A stretch of 64,000 nt of DNA from the human T2T-CHM13v2.0 reference genome, Homo sapiens, in NCBI RefSeq assembly GCF_009914755.1, contig NC_060933.1. One strand, given 5' to 3'. This document shows, in pieces, positions 1 through 14,624 of this stretch. Each line of letters begins with the position of its first letter. Position 1 is the first letter of the stretch. Position numbers and translations under genes: made by a program. The notes under the pieces were generated by a model. The model did no database searches and had not been told where the DNA came from. It saw only the letters and a program-made list of their open reading frames with translations.

Positions 1-228
1 GCTCACTAACCTCTGCCTTTGGGGTTCAGGCGATTCTTATTCCTTAGCCTCCTGAGTAGCTGGGATTACAGGTGCGCACCACCATGCCCGGCTAATTTTT
101 GTGTTTTTAGTAGAGACGGGGTTTCACCATGTTGGCCAGGCTGGTCTCAAACTCCTGACCTCAGGAAATCTGCCTGCCTCGGCCTCCCAAGTTGCAAGGA
201 TTACAGGCGTGAGCCACCATGCCTGGCC
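1..228 (-). mobile_element. AluS, partial at window edge
   Basis: Alu consensus match. Confidence 0.9.
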
Positions 229-1275
229 ATGAACACTTTTTCTAGTGAGGCCTTCTCTGGCCTATTTACTCTATTTAATTCTCTCTGTTTATTCCCTCTG
301 TTTAAGCCTCCTCCCTGCTCCCAGCACTCTCTATTTCCCTTCCCCACCTCATGCTTCTCTGCAGCCCTTGTCATGTTCAGAAGTAGCCTAGAATTTATTT
401 ATGAGCACGTACTCACTTTCCCATTAGTAAACCCAGGAAGGCAGGGAGTCTCCTGTGTTCACTGCTGGGTCCCCAGTGCAGGGTGTAGGACAGGTGGTTA
501 ACAGCATTTATGGCATGGTTGGATGAACCTGTATGTATCTCACTTTGGTCTAGGGTCCAAGCAGGTGCTGTCACCGGGGAGCAGCAAGGAATGTCACAAC
601 AAGTAAGACACCACCTGCCTCATCCACCTGCCAAGCTGATGGATGGCTTTATGGATGACTTATAGGGTTGCTTTTGGCTGCCTTCTGATGGGACCACCTC
701 TCTTCTCCACCCTCTCCATCCCAAACTTGCTTTTCCTCCTCTCATGTTTCCTATTTTGGGGACAGGTACCACTATTCATTTTGTGTCTGCAGCTAGAAAT
801 GGGGCACCCCTTACCTCCCCTCCGCTCACATTCATCAAGGCCTTTTGAATCTATCCCATAAATATCTCCATTGTCAGCCACCCTCCGTTGCCATTGCCCT
901 CACCACTAGCGCCTCCTGCCTTTGGATCCTGACCACTGCTTTCCCACTAGCCTCTCTGGTGGCTCATCTGCAACCAGAAGATCTGCCCCTGGTGCAAATC
1001 CTGTTAGGTCACTCCTCCTCTGCCTTAACCCCTCAGTGGCTCCCCTGTTCTGCTGCTCGAACTTGTCTGAGGATCTGCCCCTGTCGACTTTGCCAGCTCC
1101 GTTCATTCCAACTCAGTCACTACTCTTCGGCCATAGGAGCTGCTGGCTGTGCTCCAGACTTTTTCTTACTGTTCCATCCCTGTGCCTCTGCACAAGCTGA
1201 AACCTGCCCCTCCATGTCCTCTCCTCATCACACTTGAAGACAGCTCAGGTGTCACTTCCTTCAAGAAGCCATTCC

Positions 1276-1579
1276 TTTTTTTTTTTTTTTTTTTGAGACA
1301 GAGTCTCACTGTATCACCCAGGCTGGAGTGCAGTGGTGCGATCTTGGCTCACTTCAACCATCCTCCACCCTTTGGGCTTAAGCGATTCTTTTGCCTCAGC
1401 CTCCTGAGTAGCTGGGATTATAGGTGCACACCATCACACCCAGCTAATTTTTGTATTTTTAGTAGAGACAGAGTTGTGCCATGTTGGTCAGGCTGGTCTT
1501 GAATTCCCGATCTCAAGTGATCTGCCCGCCTCTGTCTCCCAAGTTGCTGGGGTTACAGGTGTGAGCCACCATACCCAGC
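1276..1579 (-). mobile_element. Alu (S/J)
   Basis: Poly-T tail, Alu body, TSD-like gaagccat flanks. Confidence 0.9.
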
Positions 1580-2664
1580 CAGGAAGCCATCTCTTAAACC
1601 TGGGATGAATTGAGGCATTTCCTTTATGGTTCCCTTGTCCCCTGGGCTTCCCTGTGTCCTGGACCTGACTGTCATTCCAGTGTCTGCCTAAACCACAGTG
1701 GATGCTCAGTAATATTTGTTGAATGGACTGTATTTTCACTGCCTGTTTATTTGCCTACAAAAAATCAGTGATTAAAAAAATTTGTTCAGCATATACTTTT
1801 TGAGGACCTACTGGTGCCAAGCACTGACTGTGGTGCTGGGGATACTGCCGTGGACAAGAGCAACAGAGCCTCACTCTCGAGGAGGCAGGGGTGGGTCCAG
1901 CCCACCTTCGGGTCCCAGGATGCAGCACCGGGCTGTGTGCAGAACGCGTATGCTCTCCATACTGATTGAATAAATACAGGAACATTGTCTGACTGTTGGA
2001 CAATGGTACGCTCAATCCTTCACCCTGTTCTCCCTTCCATGAACAGGCTTTTTTTTTTCTTTAATGTCAGAAAGTTATGGGAATAGAAACAGAACACTGA
2101 CATTCATTGAGCATTTGGGCAGGTCCTTTGACATTGCTGAGCTCATTTCATTTTCCTCTCCACCTTGCAAGGCAGGACTTTGTCTGATTTTCCAGATGGA
2201 GGGAATTGAGCCTAAGAAAGGTGACTTGCTCAGCTGTGGCAGCCAAGAGGAACAGCTGGGATTTTAATGTAGTTTTATCTGAAGCCAGATTTTATTCCGT
2301 CTATACAATTCCAGAATGAGATGTTCAGAACCACCTTGATCTCCAAGAGTTGATGGTAAGTGGTTTTTAAATGGAAAGGCTCCATCTGAAGCCTGGCAGA
2401 ACAGCATAACAGTTAAGAGCACACTCCTTTTTTACTTAGATGGACTTCAGTTCTTAATTCCTGTTGCACCTTGCTGTGTAATTTCGGGCCGTTTAGCTTC
2501 CTTGAACCTCAGTTTTCCAGTCTGTGCAGTGGTATGGTGAAACCTACCCGCAGAATGCCGTTGTAAGGATTTGGTGACATAAAGATGTCAAGTGCTTTGC
2601 AGGGTATGCGGTACACAGTAGGCGTTTAATATCACTGAGATGCTGGCTGGGACAGAGTAGGGGT

Positions 2665-3165
2665 GGGTGTGGTGTTTCTTGCATTACCAGTGTCCGCCTC
2701 TAGAGGGAAGCAGGAGCCAAAGAAAAGGGCCCTTGGGCTGTCCCCACTGGGCTGTGAGTTTCAGGTCTCTAGGGACCCCACAGCACCTTGATCAGAATAA
2801 GAAAGATCAATGAAGTCAAACAGGAAGTCGTCTGGAGCTAGGGGAGCCCTCAGGAGTCTTTCAGCACAGTGGGGGAGACTGAGACCCAGAGACAGAGAAA
2901 CAGTGGGGTCAAGGCAAATAAGGGGTGCTTCTTGTAGCAAAGTGAATAGGTGTCCAGGAGTGGCGGGGACATTTTCTGTTTTAGTACAGAAAAATTACGC
3001 CCTCTTACCCTTAGGTCTAACCTATGAGTCTCATTCACCTGCAGCTGGCAGAGTGGACAGGAGGCTGTCTGTGATGTCACAGAGTGGGGGAACCGGGGAA
3101 TGTTGGGGACAGTGGGGTTTGGACTGAACCACAAAGGCAGGGAGGAGGGAGGACATATGCTGAGC
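2665..3165 (-). repeat. Diverged direct copy of the TEX48 promoter/exon 1/intron 1 start (other copy ~22068-22573)
   Basis: Colinear match by eye, e.g. ctctagagggaagcag, ttcaggtctctag, cacctgcagctggcagagt, ggctgtctgtgatgtcacagag; roughly 80% identity (estimate). Confidence 0.9.
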
Positions 3166-3659
3166 CCCTCTCCAGCAGTCCATTCCTTTGTCCACCATGC
3201 TGTAATGTCCACTGTGCCTATCAGGTCGGCTGGAGTGGTTCTGCCTCACATGTCTCTTACCCCTTTTGGGTTAGTAGGCTAGCCAGGTGTGTTCTTCTTC
3301 TGGGGCTGCTAGAGGAAGACACAGCAAGCCCCACTGTGAAAACACATTTCTAAGCCCCTGTTAGTGTCCTATCTGTTATGTTTTCATTGGCCAAGCAAGT
3401 CATATGACAATTTAGTTCCTTCTCCCCAGGAAGGGGATGTTGGTGAATTCCCGACTGCTGCCACCTCCTCTCCTGTCCTGGCCTCTGTGCTGTTGTGGCA
3501 GAAACATGCCCCAGAGTGGGCTGCAGATTCTCCCAATGTGATTAGATGGGGCCCACCCAGGTAATTGTGAATTATCTCAAGGTCACTGATTAGCAACCTT
3601 AATTGTATCTTCAACTTTAATCTTTTGCAGTGGGGTCATTATTCTGTCTACCACTGTGT

Positions 3660-5970
3660 TTAAACACTTGTATCAAGAAAATAAAAGAATGAAATAATTT
3701 CCCAATTCTTAAAGCTGGAAAAAGAGCAACAAAGTAAGGAAAAGAAAGTATAAGATTAAAAGCAGAATTTACTAGAGTATTAAAAAGCAGATCTAATTAA
3801 TCAAAATCTTTTTTTGAAAAAAATTAACAAAATAGAAATACTGTGTAGCTTAATCAGGAAAAAAAGGAGAAAGCAAAAATATATAAAATTAGAAAGAATA
3901 AGGGGGAAAAATTGTTGAAACAAAAGAAATTTTAAAAATCTTTAGAGTCCATAATATACTTTTATGTAAAAAAGTTTGAAAAACTATGAAGTAGATAGTT
4001 TTCTGGGAAAATAGTTTATTAAATTGACTGCATTAAAGATAGAAACTATCAATTTCTGTAGAAGAAATTTATTAAGAAACTACCCTCCCCCAAACAGGCA
4101 ACAGGTCCAGAAGGTTGCACAAGGAGAGTTTCACCAAGCTTTTAAAGACCAGTTACAGTACTACATAAATTGTTCTAGAGCATATAAAATAAAACTTCCA
4201 AATTCTTTTTGTGAAGCAAGTGTATATTGATAACCGCATGTGATAGGGATAATCAAAAAGAAAATTACAAGGCAACGTTACCTACCAATACTGATACAAA
4301 AATTCTTAATAAAATATTAGTGAACAGAATCCAACCTCACAGTATGAAGATAATAAATCATGATCAGGTGAAATTTATCTGTGGAATGGAAGTTTGATTC
4401 GATATGAGTAAAGAAATTGTGATTTTTTTTATAGATGCTGAAAAAAGAAAAAAGAGGGAATTGATGGATATTATATTAATATGATAAAATGGCACTCTCT
4501 CTCTCTCTCTTTATCTCTACCTCTATGCCTTTGTCCTAAACCCAACTTCTTCCTTAATTTGCAAATACTGGAGCTATTTAAAATCAGGAACGAAGCACAG
4601 ATATCTACTGACTTTAACATTGTAGCGGTGGCATTAACCATTGCAATCAGAAAAGGTAAATTGGAGACATAAAAATTAGAAGAAGAAGAAGTTAAAGTAT
4701 TTCTACTTGCAGATTACATAATAGTATTACTGGTAAACCATCGGAAAGCAAAAACAAAACTACTCAAACAATGAAAGAATTCAGAAGGGAAGCAAGGCAT
4801 ACAATTAGCATACTGAACTCAATAGTGTTATTATACGCAAGCAATAACTAACTACAACAATAGTGAGAGAGAAAACTTCATTTACAATAGCAACAAAAGA
4901 TAAAATACCTAGGAGTAAAGTTAATAAGAAATTTGCAAAATTAATATAAAGAACTCTTGAAAATAGTCCTGAAAGCCAACAAAGTAGGTTTGAACAAATG
5001 AAAAGACATTGGTTGGTGGTTAGGAAGAATCAATGTTATAGATGTGTCAGTTCTTCCTGATTTATAATTTTCCCTAATTTGTAAATTTAGCACAATCATG
5101 ATGAAAATAACATCAAGATTTTTTCTGAAGCTAGACAAATTGATCCTAACATTTACATGAAAAAACAAGCAAGAATAAAACAGGCATTGGGCGACAGTGA
5201 GACTCCGTCTCAAAAAACAAACAAACAAACAAACAAACAAACAAACAAAAAAACAGGCAGACTCCCCAGTGGAGTAGAATAGAAAGTTCAGAAAGAGACA
5301 CAAATATATATGAAAATTTAGTGTATGATAATAAAGGTGTCATCTCAGATGGATGATTGGACCAAAGATATTCTCCTTAATAAATATGCTGAAATGACTA
5401 TATAATCATTTGGAGAAAGTGTAAAGTTAGATCCATACTTCCTAAATACATAATAATAAATGCCAAATGGAATAGGTTATATTTCTGATGTATAATGCTA
5501 TACAAGCAAACGAAGAAGTGTGGGTGAATTCCTCTATAAACTGGATGTAGGGAAAGGCTAACGACAACCCAAAGTCCAGATTCAATGAAACATTAATAAA
5601 CTTGACTTTGAGGAGCTAGTATTTCTAGTATATAAAGAGCACTCAAAAATTAACAGGAAACAGGAAAAAGAAAAAAGAGTGGAAGACATAAACAGATCAT
5701 TAATAAAAACATATAAAAATGACCCTTAAACATATGAATAGATGTTAGTCTTCACTCATGGTAAGGGAAATGCAGGTTAAAACCAAAATGAGATACCGTT
5801 TCTCACCTGTAGGATTGGGAGAGCCTAAACAGTTGCTGAGGGCATGAGGAAACAGGTATCTCAGATATCATATACTCTTACAGAACAGAACTTGGCAGCA
5901 TCTAACAAAACTGTATATATCTTTTCCATTTGGCTCAAAAGTCCATGCTGAAAAATTAACCCTAAAGATA
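3660..5970 (+). mobile_element. Old L1M (ORF2 to 3' region), decayed
   Basis: A-rich with L1 ORF2 hallmarks (aatactgatacaaaaattcttaataaaatattag, ttgcagattacataatagta, aaatacctaggagtaaa). Confidence 0.8.
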
Positions 5971-6014
5971 CACCGTATTAATCCGTTCTCATGCTGTTAA
6001 TAAAGATATACCTT

Positions 6015-6270
6015 GGCCTGGCACAGTGGCTCACACCTGTAATCCCGCACTTTGGGAGGTTGAGGAGGGCGGATCACCTGAGGTCAGGAGTTCGAGACCA
6101 GCCTGGCCAACATGGTGAAACCCCATCTCTACTAAAAATACAAAAATTAGCCAGGCCTGGTGGCAGGCACTTGTAATCCCAGCTACTCGGGAGGCTGAGG
6201 CAGGATTGAACTGAGTTCAATCACTTGAACTCAGGAGGCGGAGGTTGCAGTGAGCTGAAATGGTGCAAAT
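6015..6270 (+). mobile_element. AluS, 3'-truncated
   Basis: Alu consensus match; no tail. Confidence 0.85.
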
Positions 6271-6344
6271 GGGGAAAATGTAGATTAAACAATTGGTGAC
6301 TCTGGGTAAAAGGTAAATGGGAGTTCTCTGTATTATTCTTGTGA

Positions 6345-6749
<405 letters not shown>

Positions 6750-6860
6750 TAAATTTTTTAAGCTTAGTTAGATGTGACAATATATTTAAAAATAATAAGA
6801 CATTAGTTGGTAAGGGGGAAAGGAAAAGAGAAGGACACATCCTCTGGTGCAATCAAGAAC

Positions 6861-6866
6861 TTTAAT
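6861..6866 (-). promoter_or_regulatory. Probable polyadenylation signal (ATTAAA) of TEX48
   Basis: Plus strand tttaat = ATTAAA on minus, ~185 nt past the stop codon, followed by a GT/T-rich tract on minus. Confidence 0.6.
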
Positions 6867-7051
6867 TGGAGGCAGCTCTTCCCATGGTGGCTTTTTAGGA
6901 GCTGGAGTGACTCTTGCTTGGTGGCACAAGGATGGCTCAGATGTCTTCTCCTCCTTCAGGGGAGTTTCCGAATTAGTCTTCATGACTCCTGTCCACCGCC
7001 CTCTTCCTCATGGAGATGCCCCAGCAGCTGTGCAGCCGCCGGCTAGAATGC

Positions 7052-7155
7052 TCAGGGCCTCCCAGTGAGGCATGGCTGGAATGGCCAGCGCTCCTGGCAG
7101 TAGCGGTTTAAGTTTCTCTTGTAAAAATTTCTTTGGGAAGCATATGCATTCAGAT
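7052..7155 (-). CDS. TEX48: TEX48 last coding exon: (D)LNAYASQRNFYKRNLNRYCQERWPFQPCLTGRP*
   Basis: Polypyrimidine acceptor ttttcctttcttctttcag|ATCTG; phase matches the previous exon (G|AT = Asp); TGA at 7052-7054. Confidence 0.9.
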
Positions 7156-8026
7156 CTGAAAGAAGAAAGGAAAAAATTATGCTGGGTGAAGGCCTTTGAA
7201 TTGGGCTTTGATGAACTGTTTTGGTTGTTTGTATCCATTGCTGATCATTCCTCAGCTTCTTGAATCTCAAGGGACCCAAGGCAGACCCTAGTCTAGGACT
7301 TGGAAGTCTTTTGTGATAGGAGGAGTTTCTTGCAGTGTATTTTGCATTGTGTTACATTGGTGGCTTCAGTGACAGTAGGCTGTCTTGCAAAGCACAGTGA
7401 TATGGAAGGTAGGAGACTTGGGCCCATCCTGGCTCTGACACTTACGTCATTCCCTAGTGCACTCGTGGGAAGTCCCTTTCCCTCTGTGAGCCTCACCCCT
7501 ATGGGGGGGTGGGAAGGGCAGAAGGAAGGAGTGGGCGAGCTAGTGGGGTTCCTACCTTCTCAAGCTTGATTCAAGCAGAGCTGTTCCTCTTTGATCTTTT
7601 ATAGAAAATGGACTCTGTGAAATGCTGTTTTCAAGGGGGTTTAGTTGTTAGGGGAATTCAAAATGACTGGGTTGGATAATCCTTAGTTCTCAACAGGACT
7701 CCTGGGGTGGTTGTGAGTTATGTGAGACCACCTGGGGATAGAACTGGCGCCCAGCAATGTGGCTGCATTTCTTCTTCCTGGGCTGTGCCACTGTCCTGGG
7801 ATTGGGCATCTGTTCTTCTGTGACCCAGAGGCATTTCACCCCCAGTTGAACTACACTCAATCCACAAGTGTTTTCTGGCATTGTTTACTTGCCATGCACC
7901 TGGCTGGATCTGGGGGCATAACAGGGAATAAAACTGATGTGGGCCCCTGCCCTCCTGGCACTTACTGTCTAGTGGCCAAAGTAGACATCAAGTAAGCATA
8001 TGAAAAATACACGTGTAAGATGATGC

Positions 8027-8339
8027 CGCCAGGTGCGGTGGTTACACCTGTAATCCCAGCACTTTGGGAGGCCAAGGTAGGTGGATCACTTGAGGTCAGG
8101 AGTTCGTGACCAGCCTGGCCAACATGGTGAAACCCTTTTTCTACTAAGAATACAAAAATTAACCAGGCATGTTGGTGGGCGGCTGTAATCTCAGCTACTC
8201 AGGAAGCTGAGACAGGAGAATCACTTGAACCTGGGAGGTGGAAGTTGCAGTGAGCTGAGATTGGAGATTGCACCACTGCACTCAAGCCTAGACAACAGAG
8301 GGAGACTCCATCTCAAAAAAAAAAAAAAAAAAAAAAAAA
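8027..8339 (+). mobile_element. AluS
   Basis: Full length, poly-A, TSD aagatgatgcc. Confidence 0.9.
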
Positions 8340-8617
8340 GATGATGCCACAAAGCTTTGAAAGGAAAGCATGGATGTTTGCCCTTCCCCCCAGACCTGCT
8401 CCTTCTCATGCACTTCCTAGCTTGGAAGATAGTGGAGTCAGGTCTTAGCCTCTAGGGTCTCCCCAGTGTGCTCTGGAATATGACTGGGGCTGCTTGATGG
8501 GAGCAATTCCATCTCCCCATCTCGCTTAGCTGAAGTATCAATGGGGTCTGGTTATTAGGACCAGGCTCCCTGTCTGGGAGTTTCTGGTCAGTGTTAGGAC
8601 CCCAATTTGGGACTCAC

Positions 8618-8749
8618 CCTCAAACTCACTGCTGCTGGAGGAAGTGCTCTTTTTTATCTGGATCAGGGGTGTTCTCGAAGGCAAATGGGAGACTGCGTTA
8701 ATGCGCTTGGGATTTTGTCTGTCAAGCTCATCCTTCTGAAGCTGCAAAT
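8618..8749 (-). CDS. TEX48: TEX48 coding exon (132 nt): (N)LQLQKDELDRQNPKRINAVSHLPSRTPLIQIKKSTSSSSSEFE
   Basis: Acceptor tctcattgccag|ATTTG, donor GAGG|gtgagt; phase 1-1 with an open frame. Confidence 0.9.
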
Positions 8750-9244
8750 CTGGCAATGAGAATTCCACAGGGTCACGTGGGGGAGGCTTAGGTGAGATCA
8801 CGGAAGTGAAGATGTTTTGCAAGCTCTGAAGCAGCGCACACAGGCAAGTGGGGGTTATTATGGGGTGGGGGTGTTCCTGAAACTACCACCTCCTGTCCTC
8901 TGAGGGCTTCCCCTCACAAGCAGGTGCTGGATTCAAAGTGTGTATTTTAAAATAATACATTGTATTTGTATGTATTTATGGGCTACATATGAAATTTTGT
9001 TACATGCATAGAATGTGTAATGATCAATTCAGGGCAAAGTATGTATTCTTTTTAAAACATTAACTTTTTTCCATTTATAAATGTAATGCATACGCTTTAT
9101 AGAAAAGTTAGGAAATATTGAATAGTATAAGGGAGGAAAAAGTGCCCCAAACATCTCTTCCCCAAGTTATTATCACAGTTCCAGTCTTTTCCTATGCATA
9201 TTTTACATAGTCCATCATATCCTATGTATTATGGATGAATTTTA

Positions 9245-9553
9245 CTTATCTATTTATTTATTTTTTGAGACAGGGATCTGCTCTGTTGCCCAGGCTGGAG
9301 TGCAATGGTGTGATCATAGCTCCCTGTAACCTCAAACTCCTAGGCTCAAGCAATCCTCCTGCCTCAGCCCCCCGAGTAGCTAGGACTACAGGCATGTGTC
9401 ACTGCGCCCAGCTAATTTTTAAATTTTTTTTTGTAGGGAGCGGGAGTCTCACTATGTTGCCAGGCTGGTCTTGAACTCCTGGCCTCAAGTAATCCTTTAG
9501 CCTCAGCCTCCCGAAGTGCTAGGATCACAGTTGTGAGCCATCTCACCCAGCCC
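9245..9553 (-). mobile_element. AluJ
   Basis: Alu consensus, J-type features. Confidence 0.85.
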
Positions 9554-9684
9554 TGCATTTGACTTTATTCATATACATTATGGCATAAATATTTTTCTCA
9601 TGTCACTAAATTTAAAAAATGGTTGTACAGTATTCTAGTTTTTGAATAATGTAAGATTTATTTAACCAAAGTTCCAATGTTGTA

Positions 9685-10287
<603 letters not shown>

Positions 10288-11453
10288 GATTTTGCTACCA
10301 TAAATACTGTTGTGATGAACATTGTTGTATATGAGACTTTGTCTTTATACACTTCTAGGTTTCTAGAAGAACAACAAAGAATTTTGTCAATAGTCTGAGC
10401 TGTGTTCTGTGATAGGCAGCTCTGTCATTTATTAGCTGCATGCCTTAACTAATTGCTTAACCCCCACCTGCCTCTTCATTCATATCTGCAAAATGCTATG
10501 CTCAATTTGAATACTAATGTCTGCTTCTTAGAGTTATCATGGGGATTAAATAATATCATTTTACTGTTAAATATGAAATATACACTCTGAAACAGTAAGG
10601 GATTTATCTGATCACAGCTGGGTCCCCAGTGTCTAGACAGTGCTTTGCATATTATAGAGTTTCATTAATTATCATCATTCTTACCTTGGGAAAAGGCATT
10701 GATATTTTTAAGGTTCCTGATTTTTATTGTGACTCTACTTCCAGGGAAAGTATTTTAAAGACCCTCACATGTGGATTTCTGTCAAAATACATCATTGTAT
10801 TATCCTGTCTCTCAGTGGGACTCTGCCACATTCCTGGCCATCTGTGCTCACCCCCTCCCACCTGTGTGAGTCCTAACTTTGGCTGATTTTGACAATAGTG
10901 CTTCTTTTTTTTTTTTCTGTCTGAAATTGTTGATTTTGATCCCTGATCTTCTCTGCTTGATCTCTTTTCATGGATCTTCAAGAAGGTTTTGATTACAAAC
11001 TGAAGGCCAGGGTGACTTCTCTGTCTCTCTCTCTTCCCTTGACATGGTAGCCTAGGAAGTCTCATATTCCAGAGGCCCTGGCTAAAGATTTAAAGGGGGG
11101 TGGCTGGTTTGTACTAGACTTTGTGCAAGCAAGAAATACATTTTTATTTTGTAAACCATTGAGATTTCAAGGCCTATTTGTTTCAGCAGCAGAACATACT
11201 CTATCCTGATCAATACCTATATATTTTTTCTGCATGTTGAGTGCCTACTCTGTGCCAGACCCTGAGCTAGATGCTTATTTATATTGCCTCACAATAATAA
11301 TGTATTGTGAATATCCCTGTTTTAGAGGCAAGGACAGTGAGACTCAGGGAGGTCAAGAGACTTGCCCAATTTCTGTGGCAGAGCTGAGGTTTGAACTAAC
11401 ATGTATTGCCCCCAAAACAGGGATCTTAACCACTATTTTTATAGTCTTTAATC

Positions 11454-11615
11454 CAGTGCTTCTCAAACTATCATGTACATTCAAATTTACCTGGAGATCC
11501 TGTTAAAGTGCCAGTTCTGATTCAGTAGTTCCAGAGCGGGGTCTGAAAATGCATTTCTAACAAGCTCCCAAGTGATGCCAATATTGCTGGCCCATAGACT
11601 ACACTTTAAGCACAA
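11454..11615. mobile_element. MER5A-like hAT DNA transposon
   Basis: cagtgcttctcaaact...catttctaacaagctccca..gtgatgcc consensus. Confidence 0.75.
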
Positions 11616-11795
11616 GAGTTTAAGCTCTCTTGTTTATTGGTTTGAGTACTTAGCCATCCAACACCCACCTCATTTTAAATTGGAATTATCACTCAGTGAT
11701 AGTGATGAAGGCAGTTTGGGGGTATCCCAGCAGGCAGAGAGTGAGCAAAGTGAGGTTTAGAGAGGCCATGCAGAGTGTCCTTATCTGATACCTAC

Positions 11796-11918
11796 TTTGG
11801 GTCGATGGCTTGTGCTCTTGGGTTTGACTGGGAACCTTGGAGTCATTGATGGCATAGGGCTCCTGACAGTCCCTGCAGCATAAACAGAAGATCTTCAAGA
11901 TCAGGTTTTGGTGGGCTG
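11796..11918 (-). CDS. TEX48: TEX48 coding exon (123 nt): (A)AHQNLILKIFCLCCRDCQEPYAINDSKVPSQTQEHKPSTQ
   Basis: Acceptor ctcattcctttgcctccaacag|CAGCCC, donor CAAA|gtaggt; phase 1-1. Confidence 0.9.
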
Positions 11919-12133
11919 CTGTTGGAGGCAAAGGAATGAGGGGCAATGGGTTCCGGAATCTGAATTCCAGATGCCTATTGGAAATTGACTGTGGTGGGGG
12001 TATCATTGGGTCAGCCTCTCCCAAGGCATTAATATAATACTCCTCCCCTCTCCCAAATCTTCTGTAGCTTCCCATGGCCAGCAGATCCTTCTGCCTAGGC
12101 CATTTTTTCCTATTCTGTACAAAGTTTTCTTAC

Positions 12134-12137
12134 CCAT
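12134..12137 (-). CDS. TEX48: TEX48 start: ATGG at the 3' end of a mostly 5'-UTR exon (exon ~12134-12241)
   Basis: ATGG|gtaaga donor; upstream acceptor atgtttacttag|G at 12241; 4+123+132+104 = 363 nt = 120 aa plus stop. Confidence 0.8.
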
Positions 12138-13179
12138 GGAAAGGAGTTGAAACTTCTACTCTGCCAGCTTTGTCTGCAGGGGTGCCTTGTTGAATCAGCC
12201 AGTCTTGAGTTTGAGCCCAGTTCACTGGGCTGGGCTGTTTCCTAAGTAAACATAAGACCGTGGCTGAAAAATGCTAGTCCTTCACCTGTGTTCACACTCC
12301 AGATAGGATCTAATGACAGCAAAATCCCACCTCATGCAGACATGCACATAAACATGCTCAGGTTTCAGATAGCTCTGTGTCCTACCCCATGAACAGGTGC
12401 ATGTTCTTAGGTGGATTCTTTACCCTTTTTGAACTTCACTTTTATCACTTGAAAAATGAGAATAGCAGTGCCTACTTTGCAGGAGTAAAGAATCATATAT
12501 ATGAAAAGTAGCTCCTGTGAAGCTAGGTATATGGTAAGTGCTCAATCAATGGTCATTCCATTTTCCTCCCTTCTCTTTATGTAGCTCACTGGCTTCCAAT
12601 GATCCCAGCTGGTCCAGGTCCTATGGAAAGGAAGCATATGGACTTGTAGGTTTAAATTCTGGTTTTGCCACTAATTTGCTGGAGGGCTTTGGGTAGGTCC
12701 ATGCTTTTTTCTGTGTCTCAGGCTCCTCGTCAGTAGTAAGAAGTTAGGCTGGATGATCTCCTCAAGGATCTTTCTAGTTTTGAAGGTCCAGGATTATAAG
12801 GCCTTGCTTTAGTCCCAGATCCCTTTATTTGTGTATCAAGTTTTTAGATCTCTGGATACATTCTGTTCTCACTCCCCTTCTTGTGGCAAAACCCCCTTTA
12901 AAAGGAAATTCTTATCATGGTATTGTTTAGGCGTCCCTCACAATACCTAATTCACTTCGCTTTGTGAGTTTTGCCTTCATTATAGGCACTTGAGTCCCAT
13001 TTTCTCTACTGCCATACCCTGGCCTAAGCCACCATCATCTCTTGCCTGAATTCCTGCGATAGCTTCCTGACTGGTCTCCTTATTTCTCTTACCCTGAACT
13101 TCCTCCATAATTAATACAAAAGTTGGGGTAGTTCTGTTAAAATATATCATGTCACTCTTCAGCTCAAAACTTCCAAGGA

Positions 13180-14624
<1,445 letters not shown>

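Noticed and set aside
19-501. 160-aa ORF and the many similar ORFs (e.g. 14238-14627, 22644-23132, 43048-43452, 52799-53167)
   Set aside because: Translations of Alu sequence ([19 protein letters not shown] motifs); not genes
7052-8749. Possible amino-acid differences from the reference TEX48 protein
   Set aside because: My recall of the reference sequence is not reliable at single-residue level; needs an alignment
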